Assembly: GCF_018977255.1 (NCBI RefSeq)
Contig: NW_024704743.1
Span: forward strand, 77,068,001 to 77,132,000
Length of the DNA: 64,000 nt
Origin: Callorhinchus milii
Taxonomy: Eukaryota
Reading direction: 5' to 3'
Below the pieces are notes generated by a model. The model was not told the DNA's origin. It ran no database searches and saw nothing but the letters and a program-made list of their open reading frames with translations. Made by a program: the position numbers and the translations under genes. Shown in pieces: positions 38,749 to 52,559 of this stretch (position 1 is its first letter; each line of letters opens with the position of its first letter).

Positions 38749-39499
38749 CTCACGACTGCTCTTTGGCACTCATCAACTCTATTATAACATTATCATAAAA
38801 TAATATACCAGTTAATTATCTGCATCTGTACACTGCAGCATAGTGCTCTAATTTCAAGTGTGGAATATAGAATTTAGGACCAGTCTTATCAGACAGATTA
38901 CCAACTGGTTATCAGTCTATCAATTCTCACAGCTATCTGTACTGATAACTCCTGAACTCTTGTGCTGCTGATGAACAGAAACATAAAACATTTACCACAT
39001 GTGTTTGCATCATGAATTTCAAATGTTACTAGATATAGTGTTACACAACTTGATTCAACTTTAAGGTACCCATCAAGGTTAATATTTGTACGCGAAGGCC
39101 GTGTTTAGCCATATCAGCCCATGATCACTGTCCTTATACGACTCAAGTAGCCTAATACTGCATATTTATCAGGTATCATAGGGGTTATCAGGACAGATAA
39201 CCACATGAATGGATGGAATGATAATCAGCTGGAAATCTGCTTGACAACACTGGTTCTAAACTTTACGTTCCATATTGTAAACTGCTGTTTTGCAGAGTGT
39301 AATCACAGCCATTTAACTGTGAGACATTCCTTAATCACAATGCTACAGTAGAACTGATGGATGTTAATGATTAGTATGTCAAACTTACATCCAACAACAA
39401 TCTGAATTGCATTTTTCTCCACTGAACTCAAATAACATAAATCTGTTGGTCTGATAAATTGTGTAAAGTCCTACCATGCTGTGCGACACCACTGTGGAT

Positions 39500-39912
39500 T
39501 ATATTGTCAAAATAGCACAGCATATAAGTACCAAAAAGTGACAATTATAATAACCAAATACAATATGCTGCACACAGCACAGACTAGAACTACCAAAACG
39601 ATCAACTGTTCTTAGCACAGCCTAGAATTACCAAACATAATACACAGTAAGGAGAACACTGCAGAGATATGGGGAAAGGGCAGGTAAATTGGACTGAAAG
39701 GATTGCTTTTTAAAAGAGATAAGACATGACAGGATGAAACAAATGTCCTTCTTTGGTGTTGTAAATGTCTATGGCTCTGTAGCATATAATCACCAAAAGC
39801 AATATGCTGTACACAGCACAGTGTATAATTATCAAAAACAATGTGCTGTACACAATATAGAGTATAATTACCAAAAAGAATCCACTGTATAAAGTATAGT
39901 GTATAATTACCT
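39500..39912. repeat. Degenerate ~40-nt minisatellite interrupted by a CR1 3' fragment (~39647-39780)
   Basis: Recurrent unit ataattaccaaaa..aatatgctgtacacagcacag on both sides of a CR1-type tail. Confidence 0.65.
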
Positions 39913-40504
39913 GTATCAGCCAATATTTGTGTGGATCAGTGATTAGGCGGACAGTTCAATTCTGCATTCCACTCTACATTCCGAACGATTTTGCCATGAA
40001 ACCCCACCTGTAGAATAGTCATGATGGAATGAGGAATGTTAATGTGCAGCAATTTCAAAATGCAAAACAATAATTTCCTTTTATATTCATTGAACTTGCA
40101 ATAAAACTAACATTTCAATAGTCTTAGGTGATTTTTGACTCCTGCATTTAACCCTAATTAACTGCCCTAGTTCTGCTCCATGAAAATGTATTACAATTTG
40201 CAGTATTTCTTAATATATTTCTTTATAATAAAAAAAGCCTGAATTTCTAAAACATTGAATGTGTTGATAAATACATTTTGCAGCACTTTTAATGTTTCAG
40301 AATTGTGCCAATTACACATTTCTTCTTAAGAAATATCACAAATTAGACCAACAATATATAAGTATATAACACCATTGTATATATATATGAATAACCCTAT
40401 TGAACAGCATAATATGACATATCAAGCAAAACTTACTATATCAAAACAATATAACTTACATTATTTACATTAAAATGGCACACCACAACAAAATATATGT
40501 ATTA

Positions 40505-40880
40505 CTTTGGGTTGGTTGATAGCACTCCTGCCACTGTGTCAGGAGGTTGTGGGTTTGAGCCTCACACCAGAATCTGAACTCATGATCAATCCTGCAATGT
40601 AGTGTGGAGATGCCAACCTTAGACAGATTAACTAAACTGAGGACCTCCTTTCCTTGATAATTCAAATGATTACTAAAGATCCCATAACAGTATTTTGTAG
40701 AATAGCAGAGAGTTCTTCCGGGATCCTGACCAATAGATTTGCCTCACCCAAATTCTCCAAAAGATTCCATTCGGTCATTTATCTCATTGCTGTTTATGGG
40801 ACTTTGTTGCACAAATTAGCTTCTATATTTGCCAAAATGCAGCGGTCATTGAAGATTGTATGAAGCATTTTGAGGCATCC
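40505..40880 (+). mobile_element. Deu-type SINE
   Basis: gttgatagcactcctgccactgtgtcaggaggttgtgggtttgagcctcac head; aaagatcccat...gatcctgaccaa core. Confidence 0.75.
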
Positions 40881-41199
40881 TGGTTTAAGGAGCCATATCA
40901 CACAAGGTTTACTTTTTATTAAAATACATCACTCCACTTTACAGCAAATACCGTGAAGCGCTTTGAGATGTCCTCCCAATGTGGAAAGCACGATATCAAA
41001 TGTAAGGATTATTATTATTTAACAATATATACTGCATTGTGATACTGCATATCATACTAGTACAACATGTCAAAAACATGTCAAACACCCTTATCATTGC
41101 CTAACATAGAATCCCATATAAGGAAAATACAATTACAACAAAAATTTGCAAGACAATATGTTGTATCATTATATGTTATAATCGAGGGTATATGTTCAG

Positions 41200-42856
41200 C
41201 CACCTCTGCCCCTTCCACAGTCACACCCACATCACCTCTCCCTCATGACCCACTCCCCACCCATCCCACTCTATGTTCCTTCGACCCTATCTCTCCCTCC
41301 TCCCTCACCATGACTGTCCGCAAACTCAACCCACCATCTGCTCCCTCGATCCCATCCCCACCTCTCTCCTCATCTCCCAGCTCCACCTTCTGGCCCCTCT
41401 CCTGTTCGACGTCATTAACCTTTCCTTGTCCACTGGTTCAGTTCCCACTCCCCTAAAAACAGCTGTCAACACCCCCATCTTGAAAAAAACTTCCCTGGAC
41501 CCATCCCTTCTCTCCAGCTACCACCCTATCTCTAACCTCCCATTCTTCTCCAAGTTCCTGGAATGAGTCGTCGGGTCCCAGCTCCGCTCCTTTCTCTCTC
41601 GCCATTCCCTCTTTGAACCCCTCCAATCGGGCTTTCGCGCTGCCCATAGCATGGAAACAGCTCTGGTCAAAGTCACTAATGACATTCTGAACATCTATGA
41701 TCAGGGCTCCCTCTGCGTCCTTGTCCTCCTTGACCTCTCTGCCGCCTTCGACACTGTCAACCACTCTATCCTTATACACTGCCTCTCCTCTTTACTTAAT
41801 CTTCCAGACCTTCCCTTTCCTGGTTTGATTCCTATCTCTCTCACCATTTCCACTTTGTTGCCTCTAACGGTTTCTCCTCCAACCCCCGCACTGTCACGTC
41901 TGGCATCCCCCAGAGCTCTGTCCTTGGCCCTCTCCTCTTTAATATCTACATGCTCCCCCTTGGTGACATCATCCGCAGACATGGGGTCAACTTCCACATG
42001 TGTGCGGATGACACCCAACTCTATCTTTCTGCTTCCACCCTCAACTCCAGGACCACTGCTGTCCTGGCAGACTGCCTGTCGGACATCAAGTCCTGGATGA
42101 GGGCAAATTTCCTACAGTTGAATGTGAACAAAACTGAGGCCCTTCTGATTGGCTCATGCCAGTGCCTCAGCACCTCAGGCTCTGGCAGCATCAACCTCCA
42201 TGGTTGCACACAACAACTCACCAAGCCAGTCAGGAACCTTAGTGTCTTGTTCGACCCTCAACTGTGTTTTCTTCCCCACATCTGAGCCATGACCCGCTCT
42301 GCCTTCCCTCACCTCCGTAATGTCACCCGACTCCTCCACTACCTCACCCCTCAGGCCGCTGAAACTCTTGTTCATGCCTTCATCACCTCCAGGCTTGACT
42401 ATGCAAATGCCCTGCTTGTCGGCCATCCCAACTCCTCCCTCTACAGGCTGCAGATAATCCAAACTCTACAGCCCGTGTCCTCTCCCACCCCCACCCTACC
42501 TCTGTGACCTTCTAGCCCCCTAACAACCTGCCCGCTCCCTCCGCTCAGCTGGCTCCGGCCTGCTCCATGTCCGCCGACCCACCTGCCACACCATTGGCGG
42601 GAGAGCCTTCAGCCACTCTGCCCCCAACCTCTGGAATTCCATTCCCCAATCACTCCGTCTCGCCCCCTCCTTAGCCTCCTTCAACTCCCACCTCAAGATC
42701 CTCCTCTTGGACCATCAGCCACCCCCCTTCCCCTCCCCTCCCTTCTCCCCCCCTGACCCCAGCTCGGGACTGAAATGTTGTACTCTGTCCAGCGCCTTGG
42801 GACGTCCTCACGACGTGAAAGGCGCTATACAAATGTAATCTTGTTGTTGTTGTTGT
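41200..42856 (+). mobile_element. 5'-truncated L2 LINE (~1.65 kb) with disrupted RT
   Basis: YHPISNLPFFSKFLE, QSGFR, ETALVKVTNDI, LLDLSAAFDTVNH, CADDTQLY, SRLDYANALL; stops and frameshifts; hairpin tail and (TTG)n. Confidence 0.95.
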
Positions 42857-45800
42857 ATAATGCTGTCCTTTATTTCTTATTTATATAGAATATATTCTAG
42901 AATACATAAAACTATACTCTGGAAAAATACAAGAATGTTTTGTTTTTATAGTTTGTAATAATATGCCTTAATATGTCAGATGTAGTATGTGGCATAACAT
43001 AGCAGAAACAAAAAAAAGGACTATTAAATATCACAATATGATAATAATCCTTGCATTTGATACAGCAGCTTACCACGTTGTCAAAATGTCTCAAGGCACA
43101 GGTTTTACGGTAAAGTACAGTGACTGTTTTATAACATATAAAATTAGCTTTGCCTTGAGATATCACAACATAGTGATGTTATTTATATGATATTCATATG
43201 ATACTTATATTATTAATTTGGGGCACTATGCATTTATATTATTAAGATTATTATTATTACTCGGCAGCAAACCACACCATTATTAAATGCTCCAAGATGC
43301 TACTTGCGTGAAGGGCGCTATATAAATGGAAGTGGTGTGCTATTGTTAGGTATCAGTGCATTGATCAACAATATAATGAACAATAGGATAATAATATATC
43401 ATACCAAATTATGATATTGCATCCATTGTACAATAGTACAAAATAATACAATACTTCATAAAAACACAATATATGTAGTAAAATAAAGAATATAATTTTT
43501 TTAGATAAATGGGAATGGTTACAAGTTAGTAATCTCATCAGAAGCTCATCAGAAGCTTCAAATGTTGCAGTGAGAGCAAGTGGTTTATAACCATTTATAA
43601 CCATTCTCAAGTTTTTAAGTCCTTTGCAGCCTTAAGTGATTCCAGGATTTCCATTATTTTTATGACATTTCCTGTGGTTTATTCACATTGTTCTCTTCAA
43701 GGTGTGACTGTGTTTTTGCTGGCAGGGGGGGAAGACTGGATCAGTGGATGCCGGCACAGTCCTCTCCATGATAACATTTTCACCATTAAACTAATATTTC
43801 TAATCCCTGCAAGTGAATTTTTCTAAACAGTTGATCGTCAGCAATACTGTGGTCAATTTTCACATAACAATAGCATATTATGTAGGATCTGCCGTAAGTG
43901 TCTTTTAAAGTTTGAAGAGGCACAAATAAATAGGATCAGCTTTAACAATCTTTGCTTCTCTTGATTACTTCTCTTAAATGTTTTATATCATAATTTAAAT
44001 AGTTAGAGATCAGACATGACATGATTCGTACAGTATTTTGGAAGAATTGGAAACACGTGAGTGTGTGAAGATATTGAAGGAACATTAGCACATGCAATCA
44101 TAAAAGCCTGCAAAAAACACAGTCACTGCACATTACATTAAATCCTGTGAAGCGCTTTGACGGGAAAGGCGCTCTATCAAATGCAAGGATTACTGTTTAC
44201 ATAATCATAAAGGAAAGCCTAGTAGCTTGAAAACACTTAAAAATCAACTTAAAATGTCAAAAAGGGCAACATCCCCTTAAATATACCATGTATGTATGAT
44301 ATATTTTCAGTGAATTAAGTTATTTCCCTTTGCATGGTTACTGTGTGTTTTGTGTCTGGGCTGACACCCAGAGAAAGCTCCTCTCATGGTGAATGTTGTG
44401 GGCCAGCTATCATACAGCCCAGATCTGTGCCATTCATTGACATCTAATTTGACACTTCGCAGTCCTGTGGCTGAGCTGAGAAAACAATTAGTACCAGGAG
44501 AGTTCATACCACCAGCAGTGCCCATGGGCATTGACCTCTGGCCTGGGCACCACCAAGACTGATCTGGAATCTGAAATGCTGACTTCCATACAAAGCAATG
44601 TAATCTCACTCAATTATTCACGCTAGTCCTGCACTGCCAAAACACTTTACTAAATATGTTAGCACTCTTGTACTAAAGGTGCTTCCTCTAAAATTTCCTT
44701 TAACTTCAAAAATTACTCTCGTCCCACATTGCTCTCAAAAATCCCGCTCTCGCAGAAAAAAAACGAGTGATCGTAATTTATAATTGCGTTGCAAGTGCAT
44801 TTGTATTTGATTTTAAAGGGGAAAATAGCAAATCCCTCTTCAATGTATGGTTGAGAAGCTTCTTATTGGCTGGTCAGCAGCTCTCAGTTCTTGTTTGACA
44901 CTTGGTTGAAGCGCAAGCTATAAATTCGCCAAAATGAAACAGGACAAAAAAGTAACATTGTGCAGATAAGCTAAATTCTTATCTGTCAACAGGGTGGATA
45001 TGTTTACCTAAAATGAACGCAAAACTGGTTCTTGGAGAGAGAGCATGTGCTCGTTGATATCAGAGAATGATCCGCACCAGAGGTTTGCTGCTGAAACTCT
45101 GCTCATTTGTTCTAATGCTGTCATGTTGTCCCTTCTTCTAGGACAGTGTCTGATTATGTTTTAACCACCAATACTTCAACCGTAATTCCATACCTTAAAG
45201 GTATAATATTGTGTATTCCAAGAAAATACGTGTCATTGCAATAAAGATATATGTTTGTAACATAAAAGCGGCCTATAATAATAATAATAATCCTTACATT
45301 TTATTCTTCCACGATACGTTATATTTTAGCACTCTAACCAATATTATCAATGATAAAAGCAACACAGACAGCACTACAGGAACATCCGTGTGTTTCTCTA
45401 GAAAGCCACTGGCAAATGAATACTATCCTGAGATTTCCAAACACTACACACAGTGATTGCCAGTCGCTCCTCCAGAAAGAGTGGGTCACTGTTTGATAGA
45501 CACCGGGCAGTCGCATTTCAGTGTGCGTTTTTTTTCCCTTTGAAACAAATTAAGGCGACTAATCCAATAAGACGATCCGAGTTCTCGATTCACCATAATT
45601 CAATAATGTCTGGCTTTGAAAGGTGAGCGGCGTCGCGATGATATTGCAGCCATTTCATTAGCAGCGCCAATTAAATCAGGGTCTTGTACTCTGATTTATT
45701 GAGACAAAAAGAGAGACATTAGCACACACACTGCACTCTAGATATCAGTCATCCAGGTCTAAATATGTTTTCAGTGACTATCCCATCCCTCAGTTGCTTT

Positions 45801-48528
45801 AAAAGATTATGTCTGGCCAGCATGTTATTTAGATAGTGTGTTTTTAATTACATATTACCAGGTACTGTTCTTAAATGCCAAATGCAAAGTAGATTGACGC
45901 GTTGAAAGTTTCACATTATTAATTCATATTTAAACTGACCTTTGAGGACTGTTGGCGTGCTCCGCCAAATAATTTAAGCGCGGTTTAAAACAAGAATTGA
46001 AATAAATTATTTGGAATCAATTGAGCATTAAACGACTGGGATGGACTCACCAAACCATAGTGATCGCAAAGGTTAGCTCAGAGAGTTGCCATTATTTGCA
46101 TCTGCAAACACGTCCCATCATTTCGATGTGAACATTGGCAGCTTAAATTCCAACTCCTCTTTAACAGGCGATTGTGCTATTATTTACCTTCGTAGTTTCA
46201 CTGTTTCGCTGAAATGGCTCAGAGTGATACTGCACGAACAGAAATACATATAGAACCATTTCCAGAAAAAGTTTTTTTTTTNAAAAATGTAATAACGCGC
46301 ACAAGACAAGAATTGCTGAGGGAAAACTGGCTGCGATTGTAATTCGTTAACTGTTGCAAATTAGCTCATTTGTTCTGGCTTCAACACATGTTCATTCTGG
46401 TGTAAGCTGCTTGTTACTTTAACTATAAATCCAATTTGAAACTGAAATGAGCACTGTAAAGAAAATGGACGCAATTACATTGCACTTTTGTTTAACACAT
46501 TGCGCTTTTGTGTTACAAAAAACATATTCTGGATAAACCAAAAACACGTCACTTCGCAATTTAAACATATAGGTCAATTTCCACACGTTTTGTAATAACC
46601 CGCAATGGAAATCTCTCTTTCCCTCTTTATTTAGCACGGTGTGTGCCACATCACGTTTACCGCATCAGTGTAAAAAAAAATCTCCTGTTACTCTTTACAG
46701 CGATAGAGTTAATTTCATTGTTATTATTAATAACATGTGGATCCGATTAGAGAGTTAGAGCAATCGAAAATTATACTCCTATATTTTTTTAACGCGCTTA
46801 ACAATTGGGACATGAATGTGTGCTTGAGAAATGTGGCTGAGGTGAGGGTTAGGTCTTAGGCTGAACGTGGCTAAAGTGAATTGGAATCATGGATGAACAG
46901 TTCCTATAATCGGGCTAATGGGGTAAGCTCACATGGCGCCATCCACCCGAACCTGCCTGATAATAGTCCTGATTAGCACCACAACCTCCCTCTGCCAAGT
47001 CAATATTGTATCTTCATTGGTGCACAGAGGGAATCAAAGAAGCAGAAATGCAACCGACATCAAAGACCTCGGAGTTGCGAAAATATCAGCTTAGTTTCCA
47101 GGAAGGACAAGTTTAAATCGCACCAGCTCTTTCAAGATAAACTTGAAATGCAGTTCAAAAATGAAGCGCTTCCCTTTTTAAGAAGACAAACCGCACCGAT
47201 CCACACAGTGTTTATCAATAAAATACTGTGCATGCAAGGAATTTCGTTTTCCATTTGTATAGCAGTCTAATTTTACACTTCACTTTTGCATACAAATGTG
47301 AGTATGAATTTTGTGAAATGCAGTTGTTATCTGGAAAATAACAATCTGGCCAACCCTTCCCGGCTTTGTATGACAGACAGACAGATAGACTGACACTAAC
47401 CCTCCACGCCTTGCACTGATTTTGCGTCCACGCTACCCTCTCTGTAAATCTCCCAATATTTTCTTTAAATGCTTTCGCAAAGGCAACATAGAACCATATC
47501 GTAAGCTCTGCGGGACTGATCAAAACTGCTGAGAAATGTGTGAGCAATATTGCTATGATATAACAATGTAATAACAGAGCCCAGTTTTATTAGAGTGATT
47601 GTTCAACTCAAACGGTGCAGGATAGTGTCTGCCTTCGGGCGATCCTCGTAAAATGCAATGCGTGTTATCGGTGGGACCCACCGAATTAAACTGCTGCGAA
47701 TTAAAATTTAGCTGCGAGTGATATGAAACGGGCTGAACGAATCCGTGTCAGTAGCACAATATTGCTTCGGTTTGCAATTCATTTCCGAAGAAAGCAGGGC
47801 GATGGCGAAATCGAACCCAGATAACGTGTTGCCATTTTAAACACAAGGCACCGCCATCTGGGACTGTAGGAGACCAAATGTGCGAATAATTTTCGGTAAG
47901 GAGTTACACTAAGTGGGAAAGCTTTTAGCACATTATCCGATGGCAATTTGACGGTAATCTAATTGTCAAGTGTGGCTGATTATACCTCCTGCATTGTGTT
48001 TACCTTCTGGAGGGTGCGGGGTGTCTAATGGAATTAAAAAAAAGCTGCTGATTCGAGCTGTACAGTGTAAACTGCATTCATTTCACTTTATTTGACATTG
48101 ACTGGCCAATGCTCGCTGCTGCTGTGTAAGGACTCCGGGAAACCTTCAGTTTACCGCTTGATCACTTGAAGGTGAGTGCAGTGCTTTTCTCATCTCTGCA
48201 TAATATGCGCCATTGCTGTAAAGCAAACTCGGCAACGCGGGACTGAGCTCATAATAACATATTTACTGTAAACAGTTTTAAGTAAAGTGATCTGGAATGT
48301 CACCAGTTATCCTGTGGCCTCGAGGATCCGGGATTACCGCACGTCATATTCCAGCGGGTTGTTTAATTTCCAATGAACCCGTGGAACAGAGACTAAAGGG
48401 ATATCGGGCAAAGTATCAACAGTGGTTTCATTTCTTTTTTTAAATAAACACCCCAAGACATTTCTATTTAAATATATGTGCTGATGTTTAATTAGCAAAT
48501 TAGATGTTCCATATTAGTTTACTCTGTG

Positions 48529-48708
<180 letters not shown>

Positions 48709-49395
48709 TTATCTGTATATTTATCTGTCGAAATGTCATTAATTCTCCGTATATTTGTAGCTTCATGTTCACATATCTAATCATGAATAGATGTGTATCT
48801 ACACATAATTCCCATATTGCCTATTCACTGTCCTGTAGCAAAATCATTTCCTGTGCAAATTGCACGCTTCATATTATAGAATCTGGGTACTAAAATAAGT
48901 ACCCGTTGGTGGCTGCATCAAATGGTTTCATCTTTTGTTAGAAAGACTGAACTGACATGTGTTAATGTCGTGAATAAAGCACTCGCTCTTGTGCCTTGGA
49001 AGTGAATGGGAGAGTTTGAATTTGCGGATAACTTCACCTTGAGCTGCATATTAACCTTTTTAAATCAGATTATGCTCCGCCCAGTGTTTCTCTGTCGTCC
49101 CTGCAGCTAAATCTTATCTTGGCTCATTAACACTCAATTAAATAAGGAGGGGACATGTCTTGTGGCATGTAGACAACATCCATTTGTATGATATTCAACT
49201 CTGAAATTACGTGGTTTCCAAAGTATCACCTGTGTTTTCATGAAACTGACAACTTTGTAAAATATCGCATATCCAGAGGTGTTTGGTCAATGATGTACAC
49301 GCTGTATGTATCACACTTGTAATTAAACAGCATTTTTGACACATGAAAAATTCCAGAATGCAGTATTAAAAGGAACAAAACATGTTATTCGTGTG

Positions 49396-49455
49396 ACAAA
49401 TAGCAATGTAGGCTGTAAATCACAAATAGCAATGTAGGCTGTAAATCACAAATAG
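49396..49455. repeat. Tandem duplication, 2.3 x 26 nt
   Basis: acaaatagcaatgtaggctgtaaatc exactly repeated. Confidence 0.92.
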
Positions 49456-50966
49456 TAATAAACTGGTATCTTTGTAAAATATTTTAATTTTTCTCAAATT
49501 TACTCTATATAATCTCATATACTGCGAATACTGAATAAAAGATTTGTTTTAACGAAAGTGTTTTTAAGACAACAGTTGAGACCAATGAAATAACACATCA
49601 TTTTGATTTCAGCTTTGCAGTTTCCCTAGTTTCTTATTTTGTGAATCGAAAGAACTTCACACTTGAGTTGCAAAAATATGAGGTTTTTGTGAGTGCACCT
49701 CGTTGATATGAATATGTAATTTTAAACGGTAGCTTCAAAAAAAAAAGGATAATAGATCAATGACACTGACTGTTATAAATGAGGGAAGAGGCGTCTCCTC
49801 AGCTTAGTCAAATCCCATTAAGAGTCATCATTGTATTAATACAAGACTTTATTAAAATACAGTCACGACTTAATGAAGAACTGAAATGCCCACCTTGCAT
49901 ATAGATGATATAATCTCGATATTGCGGATGATGGGTTTTGTGGGGGTTCTTTCGGGGACTATTGACAGATAGGCTTCTGCATTATTACTGCCCTATTGAT
50001 ACCTTCACCCCCCCTAACACGACAGCATTTATATCCATTGCAGTCACAGACAACGGCGCCCCTCTGGTCCCGTTATGTGTGGTTGGCACTGAGGAGTGGG
50101 GATGAGAATAACTCACTTTGGAAACAAAATGAGAAAATCTGATTTATTTCCCCAAATGTATCACGGGGTAAGCAGGTGGGAAGAAAACGGATCCGTGGGT
50201 AAAACGTGTGTTTTCACCCAAATGAAATATGAAAGCTGGGAATGCTCAAATAAGCAGCACAAGCATGTTCCTGATACGAGGAGGATATGGGCGAAATTTG
50301 TTCCAAAGAAAATCGCTGTTGGGTTTTATCTGTTTGGGGTGTCTGAGGTGACCGTCTGTGTAACAAATGTGAGAAATCGGACGCTCAGTTTCAGAGTAAT
50401 TAATTACATAAACAAAAAGTGCCTACAGAGCCCTTGTACGTCTAGACAAGTCTCGTTTCCTTATCTAAGGCGAGAGAGAAACAGAAATAAAGATTCTCGT
50501 GGGATAAAAATAAACGGTAGATGATTTAGTAGAAACATTTGACAACAATAACAGCAGTCTCTGCGCTTTTGTGTTTGCTTTAAGTAAATGCGTCTAGTTC
50601 TGCCATCTATTTCAAATTGGCATTCACCGCTGAGTTTTCAAAGGAATTGAAATTAACATATACAACGGACATAGCATAATCCTAAAATAAACATGGAATC
50701 TGAGAAAAAAACAAGACGATGTTTACTGCCCATCTTAAAAGGCAAAATAATTAGTCTTTTTTTTTCTTTTTCCATGTTTAACTGCATTCCAGTGCCAACC
50801 TTCACAAACATATCTTTCTGAGGGAAAATGTAAACCAATGGAATAGGAATAAAGCAACGAGTGAGAGAAGCCTACACCTCAATCAGCGCCTCAAACAAAA
50901 AGACAGGTTACAATTTCGGATTGGACTCCAGTGAGAGAGTTATGATCAATGGAGGTTTGTACTGCA

Positions 50967-51060
50967 AACTTTCTCTTTCAGATGTTGATTGAACTGCTGA
51001 GCATTTCCAGCAGTCTTTGTTTTTATTTCAGATCTCCAGAAGTCGCAGTTTTTCTTTTTA
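50967..51060 (+). repeat. Short interspersed repeat (possibly a Penelope-like terminal fragment); related copies ~59150-59250 (-) and ~62270-62360 (+)
   Basis: tttctctttcagatg...ctgctgagcatttccagca..ttt.tttttatttcagat motif recurs three times; family assignment is recollection only. Confidence 0.5.
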
Positions 51061-52244
51061 TCTCCAATGATATAGGAATGCAAAACATGCACGATCCTGT
51101 GGAGTTTTAAAGCATTCTTGGAGCTAATAGAGGTAGCAGGCGATCATACTTTACAGACGAAAGCGATCTTATGCAATTATGTAAACTATTGATTTTGTTC
51201 GAATAGCTGAAACATGCATTATGTAAACGTAATGTTCTGCAAATGTAGTTATGACCTAACTTGTTAGCGGTGCATTTAAATTTGGTGTTGGACTTTTGTA
51301 GAGATTAGAGTGCAGTGGTCTGTGTCAAGGAATGGATTAACCCCAGTGAGAGAGTCTGGTGCAGATCACAGCACTGAAGAAGGCTCACACTAACTTTCCT
51401 CCATCAGCTTCTAAACAATACTCATCCAGCATCCAAACTCTGGTCTGTATCAGAAAATCAGTGAGTGATCAATTTAGCACTTAGCCAGTCGTTGGCTGCT
51501 GGTAAGGCAGGTATTATTTCAATTATAGGAGGAGTCAATTGTTTTTTTTACACACCTGAAATAGTTCTAAAAGAAACAACACAGTGACAGGTCGGTCGCT
51601 GAGCTTGAGAGGGAGCAGAGCAATTGGATCAGAGCACAAATTGGATGTTGAGTAAGAATGCAATGGCCTCTGGAGGAAGTGACTAAATGTTTGTGTTTGG
51701 TTTAGCTGATCTTTCAGAATTGTCGGTTTAATACAGCTGATGGCCATGTTCTGCGGAAATTGGACCATTTAGGAGTTCCAGGGCACTTCTTCATATCAGG
51801 AATGATCACACGTATGAGAAGTGTTTGTAAATGCTTACACTCAAGTTCAAAGTTTCAGAGTCTGAGAACTAACCAGGGACACTCAGCCGACTGTGAGAGG
51901 CGGAACAATTCCTTGAACCTATGTTCCAGAAGATGTCACCCCTCTGGTAGTTAGTGAGGTGACCATTCATAGGGTAGCAGTAGACGGGAGGAAGATTCTG
52001 TTAATGTTAACTTGTCAAATAGATATGTAGCAGTGAACATCAATGACAAGGACAACATTCCAAAGAGAACTGGACTAAGGGAGAAATCAAAATATAGAGT
52101 GCCTCTACTGAGCAGGCGGACACCTGAAAGCCAGCAATGTTGGTATCAGTCTTCACATGTGTCTCCTGAAGTAATACCATGTTCTTTCCAGTCCAGTACC
52201 TCAGTGAGTAGTACTCTCCCCAAATGTTATGGTTTAGGCCACAT

Positions 52245-52530
52245 GTTAGGACATTGAGATGTCTGAGTTCACAGTCTAGTCTGACACTCGGTGCAGTGCA
52301 GTGTCAGAGCTGCTGATCCTCCAGATGAGATAGATGGACGTTAAAAATCCCATAACATTATTTGTAAACTGAACGGTGTTTCTTCTGGTGTCCTGGCCAA
52401 AATGTGTTCAGATAAAATTGATTATTCACATCATTGGTGTTTGTGTGCGCAAAATGGCTGAAACTTTCATTTACAAATGCACAGTAAACTCTTGTGAAGC
52501 GCTTTGAGATGTCTCAATGACATGATGGCA
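52245..52530 (+). mobile_element. Deu-type SINE
   Basis: ggacgttaaaaatcccat...ctggtgtcctggccaa core and tail gtgaagcgctttgagatgtc. Confidence 0.75.
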
Positions 52531-52559
52531 CAATAGATCACAAGACTGATTGAAAGAAG

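Noticed and set aside
41067..42507. RT-like ORFs as an active retroelement or domesticated gene
   Set aside because: 5'-truncated, no endonuclease, multiple stops and frameshifts, YADD changed to CADD
50050..50075. CTCF-like motif (cggcgcccctctggtcc)
   Set aside because: Spacing between CCAG and GGCGC is one base off the CTCF core and the 5' CC is missing
50096..50524. 142-aa ORF
   Set aside because: No similarity to any family I recognise and no evident exon structure
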